NCBI RefSeq assembly: GCF_037042905.1 | Contig: NC_087251.1 | Coordinates: forward strand, 9,486,001 to 9,550,000 | DNA length: 64,000 nt | Source: Lytechinus pictus | Lineage: Eukaryota | Reading direction: 5' to 3' | Shown: piece after piece, positions 41,501 to 50,616 of the stretch | Numbering within the stretch: the first letter of the stretch is position 1 | How the letters are laid out: every line of letters starts with the position of its first letter | Notes under the pieces: generated by a model | What the model saw: the letters and a program-made list of their open reading frames with translations, nothing else | Databases searched by the model: none | Told to the model about the DNA's origin: nothing | Position numbers and translations under genes: made by a program

Positions 41501-43959
41501 CAATCATGATGTAAGATAGCAAACAGTGAGTTATTGAATGATATTTTCACTATTTCTCATTTATTTTATCACGATGTTCAATCAAGTGAGTAGCTGGAAA
41601 GTAATTCCGGCGGCTAGCTCAGCGCGCGCTGAACGCATAATACTATAGTACGCACAACACCCAGGCATTGAGTGTACTGTTATGGTCTGGTATGTCGACT
41701 TAGTTCATGGCCGTGCAGCGATCCCCTGGCGTTTTTTCTTCTTTTCTTTTGTCTTTGACTCCACTTTTATATCCTCTGGATCATTTCCACTCATAGCTCA
41801 TTCCACAGAACAATCTTGAACCAAACGTATAGTATTCTTTCTCGGCCTTCTGAGTTGTTTTCTATATTTAATTACGCTAGGGGTCACCGTCACACATACA
41901 AACGCAATTCGGAAGTGAGTTGAAGACAGAAAGATATATAGTAATTAGTATACATCTCTATGGTTGAAGACAACAAGAACGGTACGGTAGCTCGACAGCT
42001 AGCTGCGCCGGAGCGGGCGGCCGGTCGGCACAAAGCAATTCCGCAACCAACTGTGTTTTTTTGCAAGAGCCGCGTCACACGCGGATAAATATGTCATAAT
42101 AAACACGTCTGCTACGTTATCGACTGGTGAGAAGATCTCGATCAAATTTCATATTATTCACCTTGAAATTATTCCTTTAGGGTCCATGGTATCATTCTGA
42201 GGGAATTCACATATTTGGAATAATAGTACGGCCACAAATATTTTAATCATTTCCTCTTTGCAAGTTCTATGGCTCGCAGATACAACTTCAACTGCAGTTA
42301 TTCCATATGAAGGAGTACGTGCATAGTACACAAAACGGCACTGCCTTGATTACTACACCGGGACCGAATACCCCCCGGTGACGTCACACTCAAAGAACAC
42401 CCGTCTCGGTAGGCATTGCAGGAGCGAACTCAGGGAAAATGGGTAGGGATAAATCGTTCAAATTCACTATATTGAAAAAAGAAAATGGGGGGTCGAATCA
42501 CCTATTAGTGTTTGGGGGGTTGTAAGGTTGCTATTAATGTAAATATCTCAATATTTGGAATCGTCTTCTTAATTCAACTTTAAGACTAAGATAATTTCCA
42601 GAATTATATTCATAGGCAATCATTTTCTATGGCATTTCGATTGCACTTTCCAAGGAGTTTCATTGTCATTGACTCATTGTGCTCTTGCAAAGTCTTGTTA
42701 AATTGATTTACTGCAACAGAATTTTGGCTTTATATCATTTATATTTCTGTCCTGTTAATTTTAGTTGAGGAAACCACACAAGCAGAAATGGAATCTTACT
42801 TTTTCACATTTTTTTTTTTTTTTTGGGGGGGGGCTCTCTGCACCTTCCGAGAAGACATTTGTTCCATGGCAAGTCAATTCTAGGTCCTACTATCAATCAT
42901 ATCTCTAGAAATAAATTTCTGGTCTGCTTCTTTCATCAAGAAATAAAAATAAGTTTAACCGTAGTCAAAACTGATATATCAATTGTAAATAACTGAGCAA
43001 TAGAAACTTGCAAGTGAATTTATATATTATCTTGCAACACTCCCTTGCGGCACTGTCACATCATTCCGAATAAAGAGAATAATTTAAAGGTGAGGTCCAC
43101 CACCACTAACAAGTTGATTGGAAGGAAGTAAATAATAAGCAGGTAATGCTGGATATTTAATTTATTTTTCTATATTCATCAAGATCAACTTGCTATTGTG
43201 GTGAATTTGACCCTTAAATGCTAAATTTTATAAGGATTAAATAAAATGTACATCTTCAAATGAATGTAGTTTGATAGTTGTTTTTTCTTTAGGTTCTTTG
43301 TGTTGAGGTACATTATGTACATTAAGTAATTTTCATTAAATCAGAAAATGAAAAATTTGTGTAGGGTGTGTATGAGTTGTATAAATAAACTTCCTTCCTC
43401 CTTCCCAAAAAGGTCACTGTTGTATGAACAGTATGATTTTACTCAAGTGTTTTTTTTTTATTTGTTTAAGTATATTATACTGTCATGCCTTTTTCTTTTG
43501 TATTGTATAATTTGACATGTCTTTTATGGATGTAAATAAATAAAATATGCAACTTACATGTACTAACAGTTTACCTAGTTGGAAAATGATATACAGATAT
43601 TTCGATACCTTTCGCATATGAACTAATTTACAGTGCTGCAGGTACTATCATATTCAAGATCACTGTGTCATTGTACTAATTATCTGTTATTTTTTCTTTC
43701 ATATCCTTCTTGTCCTACCTATTATAGACTTCCAAATGGCCACCAGTATTTGTTTGCTGCCAAGGATGATCGTGAGATGATGTTCTGGGTCTGTCGTCTG
43801 GATGCATGCGGAGCTCCTCCCATGTATCGCCATGACCACGGCTACTCCCGCCTCCCTGCTGCCATCACCACCATTCCTCCACCTACCAGCGGCTCACCCA
43901 CCAGATCAGAGAGATTGAAGAATATGATCAAGGGTGGTATTTCAGCACTGCTCAAGTAA
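3572..43959 (+). CDS. Multi-exon gene (~958 aa): coiled coil + long acidic disordered region + C-terminal beta-spectrin-type PH domain; join(3572..3596,4254..4330,4768..4876,5192..5316,5961..6122,7558..7614,9594..9650,13748..15612,24615..24782,43728..43959)
   Basis: All exons have AG/GT boundaries, polypyrimidine tracts and matching phases, giving one open frame of 2877 nt. The spliced C-terminus AEGLILRKQ...ANDRAWHYVY...FYKD...EEPLVLSNAIISVAKDYSRRKHVFRVQLPNGHQYLFAAKDDREMMFWV aligns by eye with the beta-spectrin PH domain (EGFLNRKH...SRSWHNVY...FYKD...DYKKKKHVFKLRL.DGNEYLFQAKDDEEM..W). Confidence 0.85.
4254..4330 (+). CDS. Coding exon 2 (EIPRYGFYLSHLLEEYKENQKNLEVQ)
   Basis: T-tract plus cag acceptor, CAG|gtcaga donor, phase 1 to 0, open frame. 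Confidence 0.75.
4768..4876 (+). CDS. Coding exon 3, coiled coil (LKNLSTQCREKDEDLKNVKDKL...)
   Basis: tttttcag acceptor, AAAG|gtac donor, phase 0 to 1; matches ORF 4768+. Confidence 0.8.
5192..5316 (+). CDS. Coding exon 4, coiled coil (VCLEETVEQLREEVKS...REKDREIRELLVAK)
   Basis: tacag acceptor, AAG|gtat donor, phase 1 to 0; heptad-like pattern. Confidence 0.85.
5961..6122 (+). CDS. Coding exon 5, coiled coil (YDLERRVAEYEFKEKELQGMV...FQSPSQQ)
   Basis: ttgcag acceptor, CAG|gtatgg donor, 162 nt, phase 0-0, no stop. Confidence 0.85.
6148..7078 (-). mobile_element. Hairpin-ended non-autonomous element with asymmetric IRs (CryptonV-like or Helentron-like)
   Basis: ~145-nt imperfect hairpin 6148-6293; 12-bp IR ttatagaatgga (6291) / tccattctataa (7066); CCAATCAG near the far end; internal ~21-bp tandem repeat TTTACCGGACGCATGA at 6337-6478. 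Confidence 0.65.
7558..7614 (+). CDS. Coding exon 6, 57-nt micro-exon copy A (VKVPEQINEVNEEREVELE)
   Basis: tttttcag acceptor, GAG|gtgagt consensus donor, phase 0-0. Confidence 0.75.
8385..8960 (-). mobile_element. 5'-truncated LINE, 3' end of ORF2 (L2/Crack/Daphne-like, CR1 group)
   Basis: ORF 8385-8792 has RPALEYCAPVWHSGL...IEGIQKR...L.TL..RR...CRTER...S.VPY..RLLN, the typical post-RT region; frameshifted further 5'. Confidence 0.85.
8989..9408. mobile_element. Degenerate Kolobok-like MITE
   Basis: ttaaggtgaaagttcaccc ... ggtggacttgccc ends; related ends recur near 43084-43217, 48115 and 60881-61383. Confidence 0.45.
9594..9650 (+). CDS. Coding exon 7, 57-nt micro-exon copy B (VKVPEPIKKVNEEREIELQ)
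   Basis: tttttcag acceptor, CAG|gtgagt donor, phase 0-0; 48/57 nt identical to exon 6. Confidence 0.75.
10487..10901. mobile_element. PIF/Harbinger-like MITE nested in another short element (~10248-10916)
   Basis: TIR aggc..gcataccttacga / tcgtaaggtgtgc..gcct with TTA TSD on both sides. Confidence 0.7.
11266..13355 (+). mobile_element. Helentron-associated non-autonomous element (HINE/DINE-1/Tsp-like) with internal ~150-bp tandem repeats
   Basis: T-run insertion site, subTIR agctcaaccgg ... ccggatgagct, GTCC-type microsatellite, ~12 core repeats (cttccatctggtagagc...cttctacacagaattttgaaa...atgctaatttatg), 3' stem cacatca-t-tgatgtg then ctagttt. Confidence 0.8.
13748..15612 (+). CDS. Coding exon 8, 1865-nt giant exon: S/D/E-rich low-complexity region ending in the first strand of the PH domain
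   Basis: tgtatag acceptor in frame with the 569-aa ORF 13925+; GACAG|gtatgt donor, phase 0 to 2. Confidence 0.9.
15806..16229 (+). mobile_element. Harbinger-like MITE family copy (other copies 24811-24940 partial, 25168-25608, 47115-47486)
   Basis: Imperfect TIRs gttctcactaccatcctaaaactagtttactggaaa / tttccagtaaactagttttagaaag..taatggga, shared among copies. Confidence 0.7.
16258..16612 (+). mobile_element. L2-group LINE 3' fragment
   Basis: LRS...L.VP...KTY..R.FS..APRLW..LP..LR......FKS.LKTYLF motif followed by a gc..tataaatg-type 3' tail. Confidence 0.8.
16856..17015. mobile_element. Short palindromic MITE
   Basis: gttaccattatggtaactttgccatccaatgg / ccattggatggcaaacttactataatggtaac inverted arms, gggc..gccc ends. 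Confidence 0.65.
18496..18700 (-). mobile_element. Highly degraded L2-like LINE 3' fragment
   Basis: RFGDKTFEKVTPKLWHSVPQDIK resembles the G.R.F...AP.LWN.LP..I motif. Confidence 0.5.
18877..19270. mobile_element. Harbinger-like MITE related to 10487-10901
   Basis: agcctggtgcacaccatgcga ... gcatattgtgcgctgggct ends in TAA/TTA context; internal tgacgtcat. Confidence 0.5.
19413..20157 (+). mobile_element. MITE with GGGGC.GTATTCTG TIRs (Harbinger-like)
   Basis: ggggccgtattctgaaca ... cagaataccacccc; the left half is present inverted at 31555-31916. Confidence 0.7.
20956..21942 (+). mobile_element. Tc1/mariner non-autonomous element, copy 1
   Basis: TA|CAGTGCGTATAAAAAAAGTTTAC ... GTAAACTTTTTTTTATACGCACTG|TA. 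Confidence 0.9.
23089..23564. mobile_element. PIF/Harbinger-like MITE
   Basis: TIR aggtggttttagaccgcct / aggcggtttgaaaccacct, 3-bp TSD ATA. Confidence 0.75.
24615..24782 (+). CDS. Coding exon 9, PH-domain core (RAWHYVYMKQEGSRLMFYKD...KDYSRRKHVFRV)
   Basis: ttag acceptor, CA|gtaagt donor, 168 nt, phase 2-2; PH motifs W, FYKD, DY..KHVF. Confidence 0.9.
25168..25608 (+). mobile_element. Harbinger-like MITE, same family as 15806-16229
   Basis: Colinear similarity over its whole length; extra 15-bp duplication actagtttactggaa. Confidence 0.75.
28718..30862. mobile_element. Non-autonomous TIR element (Sola-like, tentative) with reiterated GTAATGTCAGTTACC motif
   Basis: ggcattttc ... gaaaatgccc ends flanked by ATAT; motif at ~29074, 29248, 30428-30473 (x3), 30655, 30836. 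Confidence 0.5.
30909..31334. mobile_element. MITE with G-run/C-run termini and 8-bp TSD
   Basis: TSD TCAGAATT at 30901-30908 and 31335-31342; ends ctggggg..gta / tacccccctagg. Confidence 0.7.
31555..31916 (-). mobile_element. Partial inverted copy of the 19413 MITE
   Basis: Reverse complement matches 19413-19800 (e.g. aaaatatggagaaaagacaatgttcagaatac). Confidence 0.8.
32017..32830 (+). mobile_element. HINE/Tsp-like Helentron derivative with (GGC)n and ~160-bp core repeats
   Basis: subTIR GTCTCACCTGCA (32023) / TGCAGGTGAGAC (32797), T-run flanks, 4 core repeats with caaggtcaaaggtca. Confidence 0.85.
34354..34383. repeat. (CT)n microsatellite
   Basis: Direct reading. Confidence 0.9.
34546..35531 (-). 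mobile_element. Tc1/mariner non-autonomous element, copy 2, inverted relative to copy 1, within (TA)n
   Basis: CAGTG...CACTG ends with TA flanks; its reverse complement is colinear with 20956-21942. Confidence 0.9.
35683..36384. mobile_element. TIR element with 4-bp TSD ATAT (unclassified)
   Basis: aaactccttaaaaaaagtttggaaatctga / tcagatttccaatcttttttaaggggttt. Confidence 0.7.
36389..36573. mobile_element. hAT-like MITE
   Basis: Perfect 12-bp TIR CAGGGGTGTGAG / CTCACACCCCTG; internal TTTCAGA/C repeats; TSD imperfect. Confidence 0.7.
37027..40523. mobile_element. Academ-like non-autonomous transposon (3.5 kb) with internal tandem duplications and nested insertions
   Basis: Perfect 16-bp TIR TAGTCAGGGGCCTTAG / CTAAGGCCCCTGACTA, TAG..CTA termini, 3-bp TSD AAT; internal repeats 37080-37900. 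Confidence 0.75.
38290..39328. mobile_element. Two adjacent related GC-richer TIR elements rich in CCGAAT/ATTCGG motifs, nested in the Academ-like element
   Basis: caagggttacaccaaaacc (38896) / ggttttggtgttaccctag (39309); related ends at 38296 and 38865-38890. Confidence 0.5.
41124..42579. mobile_element. Kolobok-like non-autonomous transposon
   Basis: TTAA|AGTTGAATTAAGAAG ... CTTCTTAATTCAACT|TTAA; internal IR gagtgtgacgtcaccgggggg (41311) / ccccccggtgacgtcacactc (42371). Confidence 0.8.
43728..43959 (+). CDS. Terminal coding exon 10: PH C-terminal strand and helix (LPNGHQYLFAAKDDREMMFWV) plus tail
   Basis: Long pyrimidine tract plus atag acceptor, phase 2; TAA at 43957-43959. Confidence 0.9.
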
Positions 43960-44435
43960 AATCCATGTTTACACTAGGCCTGCCTATGCCAGTTTACCAA
44001 GCTCATGTAGGATCATCTGTGTTTGTAAGATTTACATTCAGGAATATTCTAGATTGTCATCATAGGGGTATATCATTGCTGCACAAATAATGCATTTGCA
44101 CTTTGTAATCTTCATTAGCTTCATTATTTTGCTTTATGATTGGCCTTGTTGATCTCAGTCCTTGTTGCACATTTTCATAGATAACAACACAGATTTTGTT
44201 TTCTGTTTTTTCTTACTTTTAGCAGTTTGTCAAGTACAATCTCAATGAACACAAAGCATTTTGCAGGAATGGAGTAAATTTAATTGTATCAGTTATCAAA
44301 GCAAGTGAATTCTAATATCAAATGCAATGCACCATTTGATAAAGGTCATCATGCCCCCTCCCCTCCCTCCTCCCCCTTCCCTGGCCACTTAATAGTTCCG
44401 AGGCCTGTTGAAAAATGAGTTGCAGTCTAACACAA

Positions 44436-44969
44436 CCCTGGGGGGGCCACTTCCATTGACGAATGGATACCATGCGCAACCATGGGGTCTCGAATAGCAC
44501 CCTAAATACGTATTTTCCATTTTCTGAAAATGCACCCCTTAACAAGTATTTGCGTGTGAAACCCCACCCTTAACAAGTATGGAAACAAAACGATACTCTT
44601 GGCAAGTTCCCTGAATTGACCCCCTAAACAAGTACAGCAATATTTTTATTGTTATGTCATGGACTTCGGTCGTCGGTTTTTACCTTCACCTACATCATTG
44701 GGTTTAGTACAGCCCCACCTCCCACATCTCGTGCAAATGGGGCAAAAGTACATTTTTTATAAAACATTTTAGTCTTAATTTTTTACACCCTCGCAAATTT
44801 GACCCTAAACACGAAGCTTTTCTAACGAAAATAGAAACCCTTTTTTCATTATTTTAGTGTTTTTGACACTCTTATCATAAAGACATCCTTTTTACATGTT
44901 TTTTTGGTCGCGCATGGTATCCACTCGTCAATGTAAGTGCCCTCCCACCCCCCCCCCCCCCCCCCCCGG
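44436..44969 (-). mobile_element. Second copy of the 1227-1786 MITE, inverted, in the presumed 3' UTR
   Basis: Reverse complement colinear with 1227-1786; ACACAAC repeated at both flanks. Confidence 0.85.
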
Positions 44970-47114
44970 TACACAACTGAAGAAAAATAAAGACTAACTT
45001 GGTTTTTAACCCATCAAAGCTGCTCATTTTGAATTTGATATTTTTGAATGGGTTATTTATGCGTTAGACACCATGCAGATTTATCTCTATGTACTTCACA
45101 TCAAGTTTTGTTATTGATAATGGCCTAAGACCATAAGTACGGGTTTATTTGCTTTCTTTACTTCCTTGATATCATAACTATCCCACCTCTGAAATTGGTT
45201 TGGTGTATGGACATGCAGTAATATTTTCTTAATACTTTTTCATAGCTCCAAAGACATTTCAATTGAAGAGTAAAACCAAATTAATCACGAATTCCTTGAT
45301 CCGTCAGCCAGTGACAAATTGTTAATCTCTTTTCTCTTATGTTGTATAAAAAGAAAGACAGGTCTACATGTGATATGATTGATAACAGACAAGTAAATTG
45401 TGATTAATCACAATTATTCATAAGACCATACCTGTTCTGGTGAAAATTGAAAGATAATATCTAATAAATAAATTTCCTCAGAATGGGCACTGATTTATGA
45501 TGTATTGCAATTAATCACAATTAACTTATCAATTCAATGATCAATTACTTCATGTATTTACACAAGAAGTGTGGAACTCACATGACTATGAGCAGAGACA
45601 GAAACTTGCATGTTTGATTGTTCCAGTCAAGCCCTGTTGAGCATTGAGCCATGATCTTGGTTTCACTTGATAGTGTCAAATTTGACAATAAACTTTGCAA
45701 AATATTTGCCTAGATAGGCGTTCAAAGAGAGGAGGGAGGTGTTTCTATCAATTTCATTTTGGGGTCCCTTTGAATTTGTGTTTGTGCCCAAATGGCCGTG
45801 CTGAGGTTTCAGGTTGGTCCTAGTGATTTCAGCCAAATTTACATTTGAAGCCAAAGGTTTTAGAGGATTCAAAGAGCTGGAGATGGTTGTTTCTCTTTGA
45901 AATATTCCATCAAACGTAGATTATAACATTTAGACTATCTTTCAATCGAAAATGCAGTTTTCACTTTACAAAGGAAGACAACAAGGCTATATAATGCATT
46001 TTTATGACAATAATTTGAAAATGATCCCTTTAAGAACTTTGTAAAATAATAGGGGAATTTCAAATGATAATTATATACAATATGGAAATCACTGTTGTAG
46101 ACAGATATGAATTGTGATATGGTAATGCAAATCAGTTCACATCAAGGTTGTATCTCAAACCATATGTGCATGTATGTATTCATATGTTCTCATATTTTAC
46201 ATACCATCAACAAAGTTTTAGACAAATCTGGAGGGAAATCATTAAAGTGGGGAATTTAATCCCCAGGCTCTTCTCCCACATGAATCTGAAATGGTAAACA
46301 AAACCATTCCGACTCCATGCCGTCTAATTTCATGCTTGTGCACCAGTCACAGAATATGTAATACTAATATAAGAATATGATGTGCTGTTGCGTTTTCATG
46401 TTGAGCTGATGTTATTACAGCAGTCGGTTCAATGGTTTCCCCTTTATATTTTCAAGAAGATTTCCAGAGAGACAGGAAGACATAATACTCATGTATTAAA
46501 TTGTACCACAATATATCCATAATGTCTCAAAATTGGTGATATTGTCCTCCTCACATGGTGGTGAGATGTTATGTGATTAAGTCTTATCCAATAGCAACCA
46601 TCTTACAAATAAAATGAGAGGCATTTACAAAGATATTTGTTCACATGTACTGTTCTTAATCCTGAAGCCTGTGCATGGACAGGAAGGTATTCCATTTCTT
46701 TTCTGAATTATTAACTCAAATTGATAGAATTAATTATTTTGAGGTAACACAGCTGTTTAGGGTTCCTGTTTGTTGTGAAAATTAATGGCTGGAATTAAGA
46801 AAAAGAGGTTTAAACCAGAGCAGGGGTTTTAATCCCAAAATCGAATTTTTCAAGCTCACCAAATTGATGTGGATAACTTAAAGTACTCTGACGAGCTACC
46901 TCAAACTAAAGCGCCCTTCTCAAAACATGATCAGTATTCCTCCTCAACACATGCCCATACCAACGTACTCCGTTCGCCTTAACCATCTAACCTTCTCCTC
47001 CAAACCGGGTCCAAACCCAACATCTGCTTCAAAACCTCAGTCTTAAGTCTGGTTTATAATTTTAGAGGCTAATATAGGGCATGTTCCTCTTAAAGTCATG
47101 CATAGTGACTTTGA

Positions 47115-47486
47115 CCCCATTCTCATTACCATTCTAAAACCAATTTAGTGGAAACTAGTTTAACGTGTAATGAGAACAGTCTTGGAAGCGATCGTCCAAA
47201 CTGGTTTGGAAGACTTCGCAATGTAGTTTTTAAGATCCCTTTCCTGTTAAACTGGTTTTTGCGTTAGTGAGGACAAAACTCTTTCGGGAAGTGATCTTTG
47301 CACATGTTGTGTGTAGAAACTGAGAGCGTACCCATAGCAACAAAGCCAACAAGATCGTTTTCTGTGAAGTGGTTTTGAAAACCACTTTTGGTTGATCAAA
47401 TGGGAATGCTAGCAAAGCGATCTTTCTAACTGGTTTCCTGCATCGGTTTCCAGTAAACTAGTTCTTAGGATTGTAATGAGAACTCA
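47115..47486 (+). mobile_element. Harbinger-like MITE, same family as 15806-16229
   Basis: ggaaactagtttaacgtgtaatgagaac ... ccagtaaactagtt. Confidence 0.7.
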
Positions 47487-48450
47487 CCTTATGTCCATTA
47501 TTCAATATCAAAATCTCTGTTCCACATACTTTTGTAATCATACTAACATATGTTCAGGTGAAATATGATTTATGATTATACAGATTAAGCTGAAGTTTAT
47601 AAATCAAGATTTATAAAAGTTTGAGTTTGAGTTTTAAACATAAATTTAATACCATACGTACCATTACAAATTCTTAGGCATAATCTGTTTGTTGCACGTG
47701 GACTGCCCGCACATGCTGTGTCAACTAAGCACTCTCAAACACATTGTAATGTAAACCACAAATGACTACCAGTTTGTCTGAAACATTCAGCTATGTTGCT
47801 TATACCCTTGTAAAAGATATATACCTCTCATCTTATCAGAATCATTTTTTATAAGTTTTGACAAATCCACCTATTAGGTTCAGAAATAACTAGGGAGAGA
47901 GAGACAGAGGAGTATTCAATTAAACTGCATTTCTATGCCCTGGGGCCTCTAACATAGAAAGAAATGATAAGTTTAAATTATTCTGACTTTTTATACATGG
48001 TTTATCATTTATTTACAGCATGCTCAATTGTACAGTTGATTGTATTACAAGGCTCAGCTTCCAGTAACATAAAAGATAACATCAACTGAACAATAGAACA
48101 TAATTATGTTAAATGGCAAGTTTACCCTGTTGAAAGATAGTGGTGAAACTTCGATGAAAATTTGCCAAAGAATAACAGTTATGATTTTTTTTTCACTTTA
48201 TGACATCACAGATGGGCAGATCATCCATATACCGCGAGATATAAATTCCACTCAGTGACATTTTCTTTAAAAATTGAAAATGATTTTATTTATGTGATGG
48301 ATATATATCAGACACATCATATCATACTCCCTTCTATGAGAAAAATATTTTTCATTTATATTATATTAAAAAAAATAATTGTTGGTGTGCACATGTTACA
48401 TGATATATGGGGAGCTGATCGCATCACAGCTGACGTCACAAATTGAATAA

Positions 48451-48975
48451 TTTTTTAGCTAAAACAATATATAATTTTATGGCGAGGCGTCCGTCATCCG
48501 TCCACAATTTCAAAATGCTTCTTCTTCGTCATTTCATGTCCGTTTTCAATTTTGTTTGTTTTATATGATAGCACTATAGGTGGGGGATTCAAAATTTCTA
48601 CATAGAATTTTGAACTCATTGACCGATTTAGATTTGTTTGCTTCCATCTGGTAGATCTTCATGAGGTTCACCAAACTTTTACACAGAATTTTTAAACTTT
48701 GACTTGAAAAAAAATTTATGACAATTTATGCAAAATTTATTTATGAGTATTTTTCCAAATTCATGTTAAATGCTTCTTTGTTGACCGATTTTGATTTTTT
48801 TTTGAGGGGGGAGTTCCATCTGAGAGCTACATGAGTTATACCAAGGTTCTACAGAGAATTTAGAAATTTTGACTAGAAACTTATTTATGCTAATATATTT
48901 GAAATTTATTTATAAATCACAAAAAATTGCTTCTTCTCGTCATTTCTTCGTCAATTTCAATTCTGTTTCCTCAAA
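48451..48975 (+). mobile_element. Truncated HINE copy of the 11266 family
   Basis: ttttttagct ... gtccgtcatccgtccacaatttcaaaatgcttc plus core repeats. Confidence 0.7.
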
Positions 48976-49627
48976 GAGATCCTCAAATTGGCAATGCGAC
49001 AAAGATGTGTGATGTCACTTGTGAACAACTCTCCCCATTACTTTAGTATATATTTCACTTAAATTACCTCTTTTATCACATCTATCAGTAGATCATGTGA
49101 TCTTTCTATAGGAGGGCATGTAATACAGATTTTTAAAGAATACATCATGGATAAAGAATTTGTATCAAAGCAAAAAGAGAAATTTTTAGGGTATTTTATA
49201 GTCCATCAAAGGGAAAGTTGTTCACATGTGACATCACACATCCTTGTCGCATTGCCAATTTGGGGATCTCCATAGCATTAGTGATCGCAATATTCAAATG
49301 CTCATAAATTTCTCATTATTTGTCCGATTTTTATCAAACTTTCGTTGATCTGTTTCTTTGATTTTTCTGTTTTCACACAAGTTATCTTGTTCCAAAGGTT
49401 TCATTCTCCTTTAAAATCCCTATTTCATGACAGTTCATCGAAAACTTAGGCTCGCCATTTGCGGTCGCATTAATTGTTAAAAGTAGATTAACTCATGCAA
49501 CCTATTCGTAATTACAAAAGTGCTTGAAATGTCCTGTTAGGCCATAATATTAACAGATTTCGCGCTCTCTTTAGGCGAATAAGATCAATCAATAAATAAG
49601 ATTTTAATTTCATAATTAAATTGTCCC

Positions 49628-50616
49628 TTTTTGTCTCGCCCACCAGAGATGAAGACGAGACTTGGGGATCAAAAAAGGTCGTCCGTCCGTCACAAACCTA
49701 ATGGCACATAACTCCATAACCGTAAGTCACTTTTCAACCAAACTTGGATGGTAGATGGACTTCGGGGACCTGCATGTTGTGCTGCAGTCGGAGGTCACAT
49801 GGTAAGGTCAAAGGTCATTTTCAGGTCAACGTTAAAGTTTACATGCAAGACTCTTATGACACCTAACTCCGCAACCGTTGGTCACTTTTCAACCAAACTT
49901 GGATGGTAGATGGACTCGGGGAACCTGCATGTTATGCTGCAGTCGGAGGTCACATGGTAAGGTCAAAGGTCATTCTCAGGTCAACGTTAAGATTTACATG
50001 CAAGACTCTCTTATGACACCTAACTCTGCAACCGTAAGTCGCTTTTCAACCAAACTTGGATGGAAGATGGACTTGGGGGACCTGCATGTTATGCTGCAGT
50101 CGGAGGTCACATGATAAGGTAAAAGGTCATTTTTAGGTCAACGTTAATGTTTACATGCAAGACTCTCTTATGACACCTAACTCTGCAACCGTTAGTCACT
50201 TTTCAACCAAACTTGGATGGTAGATGGACTTGGGGGACCTGCATGTGATGCTGCAGTCAGAGGTCACATGGTTAGGTCAAAGGTCATTTTCAGTTCAATG
50301 TTAAAGTTACATGCAAGACTTTCTTATGACATGCACCTAACTCTGCAACCATAAGTCACTTTTCAACAAAACTTGGATGGTAGATGTACTTAGGCGACCT
50401 GCATGTTATGCTGCAGTCGGAGGTCACATGGTAAGGTCAAAGGTCATTTTCAGGTCAACATTAAAATTTACATGCAAGGCTCTTATGACAAGTGTTATTC
50501 CATCCCAGTCATTTCACAATGAAGTTTCGATACAATTCTTTTGCGTGCCCTCGCAAATCACAATATTTCTGGTTATTTTCATAAGTGGGCGAGACACAAA
50601 ATCGCTTTTGCCTTGT
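49628..50616 (+). mobile_element. HINE-like element with five ~157-bp tandem core repeats
   Basis: subTIR GTCTCGCCCAC (49633) / GTGGGCGAGAC (50585), gtccgtccgtc, repeats containing aaacttggatggtagatggac...ggtaaggtcaaaggtca. Confidence 0.85.

Noticed and set aside
41690-41800. THAP-like N-terminus on the minus strand inside the Kolobok-like element
   Set aside because: It needs a frameshift and is only ~30 codons; insufficient evidence.
3572-43959. Calling the gene beta-spectrin (SPTBN) or PSD/EFA6
   Set aside because: No CH, spectrin-repeat or Sec7 exons are seen. Only the PH domain is similar, so no symbol is assigned.
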